Source: Planctomycetota bacterium
GTDB taxonomy: Bacteria; Planctomycetota; UBA1135; UBA2386
DNA: 64,000 bases
Assembly (NCBI GenBank): GCA_965228735.1
Contig: OZ245838.1
Span: 2,240,001 to 2,304,000 of the forward strand
Direction of reading: 5' to 3'
Positions 17,736-28,071 of this stretch are shown one piece after another. Under the pieces are notes generated by a model. The model did not search any database and was not told the DNA's origin. It saw only the letters and a list, made by a program, of their open reading frames with translations. Made by a program: the position numbers and the translations under genes. Position 1 is the first letter of the stretch, and the number at the start of each line of letters is the position of its first letter.

Positions 17736-20700
17736 AACGCACCTCCGGCGATGTAGATGCCGTCATAGTAGCGCTGCCCGTCCCGTTCGAACGACTGCAC
17801 CTTGGTGAGGCGGCCACGGTGCTCGGCAAGCAGGGCGTCGACCTCGGCGCGGGTCCTCGCGAGGAAATGGCGCCGGTCGACCGCGTCGTCGCGCACGAAC
17901 AGACAATGGCACCGCAGATCACCGGCGCGATCGATCTCGATCGGCTGCCAACCCCCGGACGCGCGGCGCTCGACCTCGGCCTCCGTCAGGTCGTAACCGG
18001 CCCGCCAGTCGCGGGTCTCCCACAACAGGTTGCCGACCCCGACGAACGTGACCCGGCGACCCTCGCCTTCGCCGTCCACGACGAAGTCGGTGTAGCGCTG
18101 GCTGCCGCGCACGCGCTCGGAGAGGTCCGCGGTCGTCTGCCAGCGCCAACGCGGTGTGTGCACGCCGAGACTCTCCACGACAACCGTCGCACTGCGTTGC
18201 TCACCGGCGTTGCGCCAGATCTCGATGTCGACGGCGCGACCACCGCGCGCGAACTCGACGAGCGCGGGCGACGACAGCGGCTGATCACACTGCCAGCGCC
18301 AGGACCGTCGCATGAGTCCCATGTTTCGCACGAGCGTCGCGCTGAACCGCAGGGGCTCCGGGCTGTCGATCGCGAGATCGAGAATGCGCCACTCCTCCGC
18401 GACGAGCACGTCCAACTCGGCCCTGCTTGCCTCCGTGACCCAGCGACTCTCGAACGCGCCAGGATGATCGTCGGCATCCCGCAACGGAAACTCGTCGCGC
18501 GCGACCACCTGCTGGAACAGCTCCCGGAACTCGGCGTCCTCGTGCAGCCATGAGAACTGCTTGGCGCGCAACAGGTCGCTGTCGGTGTAGCCGTTCGTCA
18601 GCGCGGCTCGCAGCACGAGCGCGGCGTGCCGCCGACAGGCGTCCGCGGCGTTGCTCGCCGTCCTGCCGTGCCGCGCGAGAATCGCGAGCGCAGCAGCGGG
18701 CTCCCACTCGTGCGCCACGGTCTCGGGTGCCATCGCGAGCAGCTCTTCCGCGACCCGGGCTACGGCAGCAGCGCTCGCGACCGTCGCTGCGTGCAGGCAC
18801 GACTGAAAGTTCTTGCGCAGCCGGTTGCCGTAGTCCGGTCGCGGGTCGCTCGTCATCACCGCGCGCTGGTGGAACACGGCCTCGGCCCCGGCCCGCAACG
18901 ACCCGGTGTGATCGCCCGCGGCGTGGAGGTAGCCGCAGAGGTTGTTCAGGTTGGACCCGACGCGACTGCGATAAGCCGAGATGCTCGGATAGTCCGCCGC
19001 CAGCCCCCGGAACGCGGACACCGCCGATCGCGCAAGCGGCACGGCTTCCGCGGCGCCACTCAGTCGCCGGGTCGTGATTGCGAGATTGGTCAGGATGCCG
19101 GCGCGCAGCTGGCGACCGTGCGCATCGACCCGCTGCGCCAACGCGCGATCGATGTAGGCGAGCGCCTTCGTCGAACAATCGCGCTGGCGTTCGTGTTTCC
19201 CTTGCTCCATGTAACAGGTGCCGAGGAAGTTGTAGGCGTTCGCCGCGAACGTGAGGAACTGGCGCTCATCGACCGCCGCCAGCAGTGCTTCGATGAGTTC
19301 GACGGCGCGCTCCTCGTGCGTGATGGCTTCCTCGACTCGGCCGCGAGCCTGCAGCAAAGACGCCCGGCGCTGCTCGCTGTCCGCCAGCAAGTAGCGCAGC
19401 CCCGCCACCTCCGGCGACGCCTCACACCAACGTTCGAGGTCGACTGCGCTGGCTTCGAGTACCTGAACGGCGGCATCGAGCTCACCACGCGCTTCGAGCA
19501 CCGACGACAGCCAGCTCCGATTGCGGGCGAGCTCCTGTTTGAGCTTGTGCGCCCGGGGCTGCTCCCGCACGAGTTCCTCGAGCGTGGCGATCGCGGCACG
19601 ACCTTCGCCTTCCGCGCGCTCGTGGTCCCCGAGTCGATACACGACGTGACCCAGCACCCCGCGCGTGATCGCGACCCGCTCACGCAGAACGGGATCACGC
19701 GGTCGATCCTGCAGGAGCGAGCGCAGCAGACCGAGGGCATCATCGAGAACGTCGCGCCGCACGGGCTGTGCTTCTGGAACGTCTTCGAGAGCGTCCGCGC
19801 CGACCCGGTCGAGCATTCGGTCGATGGCCGTCATCGCGAGTGCGAGGCGGCCCTCGGCCTCGTTGCGGTACACGACGCTGGCGAACAGGCCGACGACGAG
19901 CGCGAGCACGACGCCGGCGAGCGCCATCGCGAGGGCACGGTTGCGCCGCACCCACTTGAACAGGCGGGCCAACGCCCCGACGTGGTAGGCCCGCACGACG
20001 CGAATCTCGAGGTAGGCGCGCAGGTCGGCCGCGAGCTCGCCGACGTCCGCGTACCGATCCTCGGGCCGATGGGCCATCGCGCGCTCGCAGATCGCGACGA
20101 GTTCGGGCGGCAGACCGGGCTTCACCACGGACAGCAACGGCGGCGGCCCGGCAACCACGCGGGCGAGGATCGAACGCGACGACGTCTGCGTCCCGTCCCC
20201 GGCGTACGGCACCCGCCCGCCGAGCAGGTGGTAGAGCATCGCGCCGATGGCGTAGACGTCGACCCGCGAGCCGACGCGGTCGACCTCGCCGCGCGCCTGC
20301 TCGGGCGCCATGTAGGCCGGCGTGCCGATGACGTCGCCCTCCATGGTCAGGAGCGGGGAATCGACTTCGGAGTCCGCCAGGTCGCGCCGCGTCGACCGAA
20401 CTCCGGCCGCCTGGTCGCGGCAGTCGGCCGGGCCTTCCGGTGCGATCCGGAGATCACGCCGGTCGGGCTGATCGAGCACCCGAGCGAGGCCCCAATCCAT
20501 GACGAACGTCTCGCCGAAACGACCGACCATCACGTTCGCGGGCTTGAGATCGCGATGCACCACGTTCTTGCTGTGCGCGAACGCCACGGCGTCGCAGACG
20601 CGCAGCAGCGCGTCGAGCGCGCGGTTCACCGTCCACGTCGGATCGCCGTTCCGCGCCGCCGCGATGACCTCCTTGAAGCTCTGCCCTTCGACGAGCGCCA

Positions 20701-21163
20701 TCGTGAAGTAGGCGGTGCCGTCGGCCCGCACGCCGACCTCGTGCACGGGCACGACCGCCGGGTGACTGAGCTGCGCCGTCACCTGCGCCTCCTCGAGCAG
20801 CCGCAGGGAATCGCCCGAGTCGGTGCCCGGCCGCGAGACCTTCATCGCGAGCATGCGCCGCAGCTGCCGGTCCCACACGCGGTAGACCCGCCCCATGCCG
20901 CCACGTCCGATCTCGCCGCGCTGTTCGTAGCGCTCCGACAGTCCCTCGTCGGTGGTGATCTCGGTCGTCACGCCGGGCGCGCTCGATGCGGCGCCACCCT
21001 CCCCCTGCAGCCGCTCGTACTCGGCCGCGATCACGCCCTCGTACCCGGCGAACCGCGCTTGATACTCGGCCAGCGAGCGCGCCGCTCCGCGGGCGCGATC
21101 CGCGGCATAGGACTGCAGGAACGCGAGCGCCACGCCGTCCGCATCACGATCCCGGGGGTTCAT
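17732..21163 (-). CDS. Membrane Ser/Thr protein kinase with TPR region and C-terminal tandem repeats
   Basis: GRGGMGRV, LAMK, HRDLKPANV, MDWGLA, GTPAYMAPEQ, DVYAIG; TM LAMALAGVVLALVVGLFASVVY; TPR-like helices. Confidence 0.93.
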   Translation of the reverse strand: MNPRDRDADGVALAFLQSYAADRARGAARSLAEYQARFAGYEGVIAAEYERLQGEGGAASSAPGVTTEITTDEGLSERYEQRGEIGRGGMGRVYRVWDRQLRRMLAMKVSRPGTDSGDSLRLLEEAQVTAQLSHPAVVPVHEVGVRADGTAYFTMALVEGQSFKEVIAAARNGDPTWTVNRALDALLRVCDAVAFAHSKNVVHRDLKPANVMVGRFGETFVMDWGLARVLDQPDRRDLRIAPEGPADCRDQAAGVRSTRRDLADSEVDSPLLTMEGDVIGTPAYMAPEQARGEVDRVGSRVDVYAIGAMLYHLLGGRVPYAGDGTQTSSRSILARVVAGPPPLLSVVKPGLPPELVAICERAMAHRPEDRYADVGELAADLRAYLEIRVVRAYHVGALARLFKWVRRNRALAMALAGVVLALVVGLFASVVYRNEAEGRLALAMTAIDRMLDRVGADALEDVPEAQPVRRDVLDDALGLLRSLLQDRPRDPVLRERVAITRGVLGHVVYRLGDHERAEGEGRAAIATLEELVREQPRAHKLKQELARNRSWLSSVLEARGELDAAVQVLEASAVDLERWCEASPEVAGLRYLLADSEQRRASLLQARGRVEEAITHEERAVELIEALLAAVDERQFLTFAANAYNFLGTCYMEQGKHERQRDCSTKALAYIDRALAQRVDAHGRQLRAGILTNLAITTRRLSGAAEAVPLARSAVSAFRGLAADYPSISAYRSRVGSNLNNLCGYLHAAGDHTGSLRAGAEAVFHQRAVMTSDPRPDYGNRLRKNFQSCLHAATVASAAAVARVAEELLAMAPETVAHEWEPAAALAILARHGRTASNAADACRRHAALVLRAALTNGYTDSDLLRAKQFSWLHEDAEFRELFQQVVARDEFPLRDADDHPGAFESRWVTEASRAELDVLVAEEWRILDLAIDSPEPLRFSATLVRNMGLMRRSWRWQCDQPLSSPALVEFARGGRAVDIEIWRNAGEQRSATVVVESLGVHTPRWRWQTTADLSERVRGSQRYTDFVVDGEGEGRRVTFVGVGNLLWETRDWRAGYDLTEAEVERRASGGWQPIEIDRAGDLRCHCLFVRDDAVDRRHFLARTRAEVDALLAEHRGRLTKVQSFERDGQRYYDGIYIAGGAL

Positions 21164-21175
21164 CGCGGTTCCAAT

Positions 21176-22621
21176 CTACAGCAGCTCCGGCACGACGCGG
21201 CCACCGACGTCGGTCAATCGGAAGTCGCGGCCGCGGAAGCGATGCGTCAGCCGTTCGTGATCCAGTCCGAACAGATGCAGGATCGTCGCCTGCAGGTCAT
21301 GCACGTGCACCGGACGCTCGGTCACCGCGTAACCGAACTCGTCGGTCGCGCCGACGACCTGTCCCCCGCGCACACCGCCGCCGGCGAGCCAGCCGGAGAA
21401 CGCCTTGCTGTGGTGGTCGCGACCGTGCTCGTCACCACTGCGCCCGCCCTGGTTCATCGGCGTTCTGCCGAACTCGCCCGCGAAGACCACGAGGGTGTCG
21501 TCCAGCATGCCACGCACGTGCAGATCCGTGAGCAGCGCCGCGCACGCCCGATCGACCTCGAGCGCCTTCGTGCGGATCCTGGTCGGCAGCTGGAAGTGAT
21601 GATCCCAACCACCGTGGCACAATTGGATGACGCGCACGCCGCGCTCGGCCAGCCGGCGCGCGAGCAGGCAGTTGTTCGCGAACGACGGCTGCCCCGGCGC
21701 GGCGCCGTACAGCGCCAGCGTGCTGCGGCTCTCGGCCGACAGGTCCACGAGCTCCGGCACCGAGCTCTGCATCCGGTACGCCATCTCGTATGCCGCGGTC
21801 CGGGTCGCGATCGCCGGATCACCGACGAGCGCGCCGCGCAAGCCGTTGAGCTCGGCCACCGCATCGAGCTGGGCCCGCCGCACACCTGCAGTCACGCCAT
21901 CGCCGTCCCGCAGGAACGGCACGGGCTCCGGGCCGGGCGCGAGCAGCACGCCCTGGTTGGAGCCCGGCAGGAACCCGGCACCCCAGAGCCGCGCCGGTGG
22001 CGCGTCGCCGGGTTCGGTGCCCGACGTCATCACCACGAACGCGGGCAGGTCGCCATTGGCGCTCCCGAGCGCGTGGGTCAGCCAGGCGCCGAGGCTCGGC
22101 CGACCCGCGCGTTCGCTGCCCGTCAGCAGCATCGTGTGGGCCGGATCGTGATTGAGGACGTCGGTGTGCAGCGACCGCACGACCGCGAGCCGATCGGCGA
22201 CCGAGCCGAGGTGCGGCAGCAGCTCGGAGAGCTCGATGCCGCTCTCGCCGCAGCGCCGGAAGTCGAACCGCGAACCAGCGATCACGAGTCGGCGGCCGAC
22301 GAGCTGGTCGACCTCCTGACCACGCACCAGGCTGTCGGGCATCGGCTCGCCGTCGCGCTCGCGCAGCAACGGCTTGGGGTCGAACAGATCGATCTGCGAG
22401 GGCGCGCCGATCTGCGTCAGCAGGATGATGCGGCGGGCGCGGGGGGCGAAGTGTGGATCGGCTGCCATCGGCACGCCGGTCATCGGCACGCCCACCATCC
22501 GCACACCGGCCGCAGCCGATGCCATGGCAGCGGCGCTGCCGCCGACGAACGACCGGCGGTCGATACCCCGCTCGCGAGACCCGCCGATCGCCGGCGCCGA
22601 AGAGGTCGGACGTTCACCCAC
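21176..22621 (-). CDS. DUF1501 family protein (Tat-exported, sulfatase-like fold)
   Basis: Twin-arginine DRRSFVGG, GAPSQIDLFDPKP, CLLARRLAERGVR, GWDHH, GEFGRTP, GRDHH. GTG 22621 overlaps the upstream stop. Confidence 0.92.
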   Translation of the reverse strand: MGERPTSSAPAIGGSRERGIDRRSFVGGSAAAMASAAAGVRMVGVPMTGVPMAADPHFAPRARRIILLTQIGAPSQIDLFDPKPLLRERDGEPMPDSLVRGQEVDQLVGRRLVIAGSRFDFRRCGESGIELSELLPHLGSVADRLAVVRSLHTDVLNHDPAHTMLLTGSERAGRPSLGAWLTHALGSANGDLPAFVVMTSGTEPGDAPPARLWGAGFLPGSNQGVLLAPGPEPVPFLRDGDGVTAGVRRAQLDAVAELNGLRGALVGDPAIATRTAAYEMAYRMQSSVPELVDLSAESRSTLALYGAAPGQPSFANNCLLARRLAERGVRVIQLCHGGWDHHFQLPTRIRTKALEVDRACAALLTDLHVRGMLDDTLVVFAGEFGRTPMNQGGRSGDEHGRDHHSKAFSGWLAGGGVRGGQVVGATDEFGYAVTERPVHVHDLQATILHLFGLDHERLTHRFRGRDFRLTDVGGRVVPELL

Positions 22622-25370
22622 GGGTCTGCGCCTCGTCGAGGTTGAGCAGGACTGCGGCGACGTGGCCCCAGACAACCTCGTCGTCGCCTGGCGCGACCGC
22701 TCGCAATCGCGCGAGCAACGCCGAGAACACGGCCCGCTCGGCGGGCAGCGGCGGCCGCGAGAGGCACGCCAGATGCCCGTACGAAAGCCGCGCGTCGTCG
22801 TCACGGCCCGCGCCGATCATCCGTTGGCCGAGCGCGTGGGCTGCCGCAACCGCGACCGGGTCGTTCCACTGCGCCAGCGCCTGGAGCGGCGTGGTCGTCA
22901 CGGCCCGGCGCGCCACGCAGACCTCGCGCGTGGGTGCGTCGAACAGCGCGAACGGCATGTAGGGCGACGATCGGCGCACGTGCACGTAGAGCCCGCGGCG
23001 ATGACTCTCGTCGAGCGGAGTCGCGCGGTCTCCGGGCCAGAGGTCGGCCGGCTGCGGCGGTCGCACCGGCGGGCCGCCGACCGTCGGGTCGAGCAGAGCG
23101 GCCGCGACCAGGGCATGGTCGCGCAGCAGCTCGGCGGGCAGCCGCCACCGCCCGCCGCGGGCGAGCAGCGCGTTCGCCGGGTCCGCCTGATACGCCCTTT
23201 CGCCAACGGTGCTGCGTTGCCGGTAGGTCGCCGAGTTGACGAGCATCCTGACGAGCCGTTTGACGTCGAAGCCGCCGTCGACGAAGTCCCGCGCCAGCCA
23301 GTCGAGCAGCTGCGGATGCGTCGGGCGCGCCCCGCGGGAGCCGAAGTCGTCGAGCGTCGCGACGAGGCCGCGGCCGAAGAGCTGACACCAGATGCGGTTC
23401 ACGAACACGCGACCGACGAGCGGGTGATCCGGGTGCACGAGCCAGCGGGCGAACCCGAGTCGGTTCCGGGGCGCGCCTTCGGGCCAGCCGAGCACGAGCT
23501 CCGGCACGCCGGGATCGACGCGTTCGCCGGCCACCCGGAAGTCGCCGCGCGGCCGCACGCAGGTCGGGCGCCGCTCGGCCCGCTCGCGCAGCACGGGAGT
23601 CGTCGTGACCCCGTCACGCAGCCGGTCTCGCAAGGCAGCAGTCTCGCGGATCGCGGCGTCGATCCGGCGCAGATCGGGGTCGTGGCGGTTGCCGAAGTCG
23701 CGGCGGAGCAGCGCCGCGATCGCCGGATCGGCACCGGCCCGCAACGCCGCCGCCCGCAAGTCTGCGTCGATCACGCGAGCCAGTTCGGCTGCGGTCAACG
23801 CGCGATCCGTGATGCGCAGCTCGTCGATCACCCCATGGAACCCGGCATCGTCAGCCCCGCCGATGCGCAGCGCCGCGGGGTTGCTCGGGTCCCCGGCGAC
23901 GGTATCGGCGCGGCGGGAATCGACCGCCCAACGGACGCCGTCGATCCAGAGCGTGATGCCGTCGACCCGGCGCGAACCGTCATAGCTCGCGGCGACGTGG
24001 ACCCACCGGCGGCGCGCGATGCGGTGGCGAGTGCGCACGGCGAGCTCATCCTCGGCATCCTCGTCACCGACGAGGCTGAACCAGAGCCGGTCGCCAGCGA
24101 GCCCGAACCAGAACCCGCGGCCGTTGCCGGCCTCGTCGACCTTGGCCGCGATCGTCGCACCCGTGAGCCCCCCGAATCCATGCGACTGGACCCACGCGCT
24201 GATCGCGAACGGTCGATCGAGGGCGATGCCGCCGCGGTCGCCGAGGTCGACGACGGAGTCGTTGCCGTCGAACCTCGCCGCCGAGCCGCGGATCCCGGGC
24301 ACCCAATCGATCCGCCCGACGCCGCGCACTTCGGCCACACCTTGCACCTCGCCGTCGAGCGGCGCGTGCACGCGCAGCGGCCCGCCCGCAGCGATCGGAG
24401 TCGACGCGGCTTCCCGCACGAGGACGCGATGGTGCGCCGCCGCTTCCGGTTCGCGCAGCGCCGCGAGCTCTTCGCGTTCGGCCTGCAGGTCGTCGAGGCG
24501 TTGCTGCAGTTCGAGCAGGCGCGTGGCCTGCGCAGCGTCGGGCAGCGCCAACGTCGGCGCCATGCCGCGCCCGCGGACGAGACCACCGTCTGCCGTGTTG
24601 TCGAAGAACGCGAACAACCGGTAGTAGTCCCGCTGCGACAGCGGGTCGTACATGTGATCGTGGCACTCGGCGCAACCGACCGTCAGTCCCAACCAGGTCG
24701 TGCCGATCGTCGCGATCCGATCGGCCACGTGCCGGTGGTGATACTCGCCCGGCAGGCCGACGCCCTCGTTCTCCAACGGATGGAGCCGCAGGAAGCCCGT
24801 CGCGATGCGATCGTCGACGGTCGCCTCGGGCAGGAGATCGCCGGCCAGCTGCGCCACCGTGAAGCGGTCGAAGCGCATGTTCTCGTTCCACGCGGCAACG
24901 GCCCAGTCGCGCCAGCGCCAGACGTCGCGCTCGCCGTCGTTGAGATAGCCGTTCGTGTCCGCGTAGCGCGCGAGATCCAGCCAGCGCAGCGCCATGCGTT
25001 CGCCGTAGTGCGGCGAGGCGAGCAACCGGTCCACGAGCCGTTCGTAGGCGTCGACGCGATCGTCGGCGAGGAACGCGGTGACCTCGGCCGGGCTCGGCGG
25101 CAACCCGGTGAGGTCCAGCGCGAGCCGGCGAACGAGCGTGGCGCGACCGGCGGCCGGCGCCGGGGCGAGCCCGGCAGCCTCGAGACGCGACAGCACGAAC
25201 GCGTCGACCGGCTCGCGCACCCAGTCCGGCGTGGCGACCGTCGGCAACGCCGGCGGCTCCGGGCGGTGGAACGCCCAATGATCGCTCCCCTGGCTCGGGG
25301 CCTGCTGCTGAGCCGCCACCAGGGCGCCGAGGAGCACTGGCGGCAGCAGGGCGAACGGGACCGGGGGCAT
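22614..25370 (-). CDS. DUF1549/DUF1553 (PSD1, planctomycete cytochrome c) protein with LamG-like insertion
   Basis: HWAF, LRWLDLARYADTNG, heme motif CAECHDH, VNRIWCQLFGRGLV, PTHPQLLDWLA, TTPLQAL; LamG-like FAISAWV...WVHVAASYDG...FHGVIDELRI. Confidence 0.92.
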   Translation of the reverse strand: MPPVPFALLPPVLLGALVAAQQQAPSQGSDHWAFHRPEPPALPTVATPDWVREPVDAFVLSRLEAAGLAPAPAAGRATLVRRLALDLTGLPPSPAEVTAFLADDRVDAYERLVDRLLASPHYGERMALRWLDLARYADTNGYLNDGERDVWRWRDWAVAAWNENMRFDRFTVAQLAGDLLPEATVDDRIATGFLRLHPLENEGVGLPGEYHHRHVADRIATIGTTWLGLTVGCAECHDHMYDPLSQRDYYRLFAFFDNTADGGLVRGRGMAPTLALPDAAQATRLLELQQRLDDLQAEREELAALREPEAAAHHRVLVREAASTPIAAGGPLRVHAPLDGEVQGVAEVRGVGRIDWVPGIRGSAARFDGNDSVVDLGDRGGIALDRPFAISAWVQSHGFGGLTGATIAAKVDEAGNGRGFWFGLAGDRLWFSLVGDEDAEDELAVRTRHRIARRRWVHVAASYDGSRRVDGITLWIDGVRWAVDSRRADTVAGDPSNPAALRIGGADDAGFHGVIDELRITDRALTAAELARVIDADLRAAALRAGADPAIAALLRRDFGNRHDPDLRRIDAAIRETAALRDRLRDGVTTTPVLRERAERRPTCVRPRGDFRVAGERVDPGVPELVLGWPEGAPRNRLGFARWLVHPDHPLVGRVFVNRIWCQLFGRGLVATLDDFGSRGARPTHPQLLDWLARDFVDGGFDVKRLVRMLVNSATYRQRSTVGERAYQADPANALLARGGRWRLPAELLRDHALVAAALLDPTVGGPPVRPPQPADLWPGDRATPLDESHRRGLYVHVRRSSPYMPFALFDAPTREVCVARRAVTTTPLQALAQWNDPVAVAAAHALGQRMIGAGRDDDARLSYGHLACLSRPPLPAERAVFSALLARLRAVAPGDDEVVWGHVAAVLLNLDEAQTRG

Positions 25371-25422
25371 ACCACCCGGTTCCCGCAAGCGCCGAGGCGC
25401 GACAAGAAAGACCGGAAAGTCC
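25368..25422 (-). promoter_or_regulatory. Putative ECF-type promoter, probably leaderless, copy 2
   Basis: Shares gcgcgacaagaa, gttccc and catacc (plus-strand reading) at identical spacing with 17057-17111. Confidence 0.55.
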
Positions 25423-27948
25423 TCAGATGTCGCCGATCATGCCGACGACCGCGTTGCTCGCGGCGAGTCCGTAGTTGTTGATCCCGGGCACGAACGCGCC
25501 GCCCTGGGCGTAGAGCATCACACCGACGAACGACGGATCCGCGGGGATGTCCAGGGCGAACACCGGACCGGGGACCGGCAACGGCAGCAGCACGGTCGCA
25601 GCGCCACCGGTGTGCTGGACGCACCCGGGCGCATTGGCACCGAGCGAGCCGATGCCAAACGTAACGTCGAGCTGCAGGAAGCCGAACACCGCCGCCGCCG
25701 GGATGCCGGTCAGGTCGAGCTCCCAGGTCGTGCACGACACCGGTCGGTTGCGCGCCGCGAGCATGGGGCCGTTGCAGCTCGAGCCGGACTCCGCGCTCGT
25801 CGCGCGGATCGCGCCGGTCGCCGGCAGGCTCGAGAGGAAGAGCAGCGTGAACTGGGCGTCCGCGGCATTGCCACTCGCGTCGAACGTCTTGACGATGACC
25901 CGCGATCCGTTGGCGCCGGGGATCGAGGCGAGGCCGTCGACGTTCGCATACTCGGCACCACCGCCGAAGGCCGTCGCCTGCACCACGAACCGGTCCGAGT
26001 ACGACAGATCCGGGAACGAGACCCTGTAGGTCCCCGTCCCCAGGCGCTCGATGAACTCGGAGTTCGCCGGTCCGACCGTGCCGTTGCTGTCGGTGTAGTC
26101 GACCGCCGGCGAGTAGCTGCTCGCCAACTCGTGCGCGGCCCAGACGTGACCGCCGGCGCCATCGTGCTCGGAGATCGGCGCCGCGGTCTCGTTGTAGCTC
26201 ATCACGAAGCGGCCATCGACGAGGATGCCGTTGCTGTTCGTCGTGCGCACTCCGACCACCATGTCGGTGCCGTTCGACGACCAGCCCGTGATCTTGGCCC
26301 GCAGGTTGTTGTTGGCATACGCCGTGACCTGCACGTGGCCGAGCTCGGTCCCCGCGGGCTCGAGCCCGGGCAGCGTGACGGCATACGTGCCGATCGCGAC
26401 CCGCGTGACCGACGGACTGCCGCGGTCGGCGTTCCACGAGTAGTCGGTCGGCGGCGTGTAGCTCGGGTTCGCCGGCGAGCTGGCCCAGACGTAGGCCTCG
26501 CGATCGCGGTTGTTGCCGCCGCGACGGAACCGCACGAAGAACCGTTCGTCATCGGCCGGTCCACCGTTCGGTGCGAACAGCTCGACCGTCGCCACGACGT
26601 CGTCGTTCTGCTGGTTCCAGCCGTTCACGACGGCCGTGTGATTGCCATCGAACGCCGACGCGTGCACGATCCCGTGGCTCGAACCCACCCCGTGGAAGCG
26701 CACGAAGAAGCGGTTCTGCTGCCCGGGGTCGCGGTTGACCGTGACCTCCTCGTCGACCGTCGAGTATCGCCAGCCGGGCGGCACCGAGAACGCCGGACCC
26801 TGGCCCGCAGGCGAGATGAACGCCCACGCCATGACGGGCCTGGCGGCCGGCCGGTTGGTCAGGAACTGCAGTGTGAAGCGCGAGTCCGCCGGGTTGCCGG
26901 CCGCGTCGAACGTGTCGACGAGAACAGTCGAGCCGCCGCATGCGGAATGCGTCCACCCACCGATCGTCGCGAACGTCGGCTGCGAGCCGTACGCCGTGAC
27001 CTGCGCGGTCGCGCTCCACACGGGAACGACGCTCGGCAGCTCGACGCGATACGCGCCGACGCCGAGCCGTTCGATCTTCTGCGCGTCCTGCGGCCCGTAG
27101 CGGCCGTTGCTGAACGTGTAGCGCGCATCCGGCTCGTAGCTCGGCGACAGCTCGTTGCCGGCCCAGACGTGGACGCCGGAACCATCGAGCTCCGAGATCG
27201 GCGCGACCGTCTCGTTGTAGCCGAGCACGAACTCGGCATCCGCGGGCGTGCCGGCCATGTCGTAGCACTGCACGCGCACGATCGCGTCGACGCCGTTGCT
27301 GCTCCAGCTGAGCACGTTCGCGCGGCGCGGGACGTCGCCGTAGGGCGCCACCTGCACGTGGCCGCGTTCGAAGCCGGTGGCGGCGAGCCCCGGCAGATCG
27401 ACCTCGTAGTCGCCGGGCCCCATCCGGACGATCGTCGGATCGGCGCGATTGCCGTTCCACGAGTACAGGTTCAGCGGCGTGTATGCCGGATTGGTCTCGT
27501 CGTTGGCCCACAGGTAGGCCTGCCGCAGCCCCGCGTCACCACCGCGCCGGAACGTGGCCGTGAACTTGCCGTCGTTCGCCCGACCACCCGCGGCATCGAA
27601 CAGTTCGATGACCGCGCGGACGTCGCCGCCCGAGTTGCTCCAGCTCTTCACGACCGCGGTGTGGTTGCCGTCGCACGCGCTCGCGAGCACGACGCCCGTC
27701 GACGGTGACATCCCTTCGAATACCACGGTGAAGCGGTTCTGCTGCGCCGGGTCACGGTCTACCGTGACCGCACCACCGCTCGTGGTGTACTGCCGCGCGG
27801 GATCGGGGGTGAACGATGCACCTTCCCCGACTGGATCGACGTAGGCCCACGCGACGTCCTGCGCGGACGCGGCGATGGCAGTGAGGGTCAGGGCGGCGAC
27901 AGACCGGGCGAGCAGGGACCGGCCGAACGAGATTCGGGAGCTGGGCAT
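25423..27948 (-). CDS. Secreted protein with six ~115 aa beta-rich repeats and the conserved C-terminal domain (paralog 1)
   Basis: Signal peptide ending ASA-Q; repeats with R.G.G.Y.V.LP and QVT(A/P)YG; C-terminus LYAQG...SNAVVGMIG. Confidence 0.85.
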   Translation of the reverse strand: MPSSRISFGRSLLARSVAALTLTAIAASAQDVAWAYVDPVGEGASFTPDPARQYTTSGGAVTVDRDPAQQNRFTVVFEGMSPSTGVVLASACDGNHTAVVKSWSNSGGDVRAVIELFDAAGGRANDGKFTATFRRGGDAGLRQAYLWANDETNPAYTPLNLYSWNGNRADPTIVRMGPGDYEVDLPGLAATGFERGHVQVAPYGDVPRRANVLSWSSNGVDAIVRVQCYDMAGTPADAEFVLGYNETVAPISELDGSGVHVWAGNELSPSYEPDARYTFSNGRYGPQDAQKIERLGVGAYRVELPSVVPVWSATAQVTAYGSQPTFATIGGWTHSACGGSTVLVDTFDAAGNPADSRFTLQFLTNRPAARPVMAWAFISPAGQGPAFSVPPGWRYSTVDEEVTVNRDPGQQNRFFVRFHGVGSSHGIVHASAFDGNHTAVVNGWNQQNDDVVATVELFAPNGGPADDERFFVRFRRGGNNRDREAYVWASSPANPSYTPPTDYSWNADRGSPSVTRVAIGTYAVTLPGLEPAGTELGHVQVTAYANNNLRAKITGWSSNGTDMVVGVRTTNSNGILVDGRFVMSYNETAAPISEHDGAGGHVWAAHELASSYSPAVDYTDSNGTVGPANSEFIERLGTGTYRVSFPDLSYSDRFVVQATAFGGGAEYANVDGLASIPGANGSRVIVKTFDASGNAADAQFTLLFLSSLPATGAIRATSAESGSSCNGPMLAARNRPVSCTTWELDLTGIPAAAVFGFLQLDVTFGIGSLGANAPGCVQHTGGAATVLLPLPVPGPVFALDIPADPSFVGVMLYAQGGAFVPGINNYGLAASNAVVGMIGDI

Positions 27949-28071
27949 CGGATCGAGTGCTTGGGACTGCCCTGCCGGGACCCGCGCTCGGGGGGTTCGC
28001 GACCGACAGCGCTATCCGAGGAGCGCCGCCCGCGGAGGCGAGCGGACCCCGATTCCCCGCAATCGGAGGCC

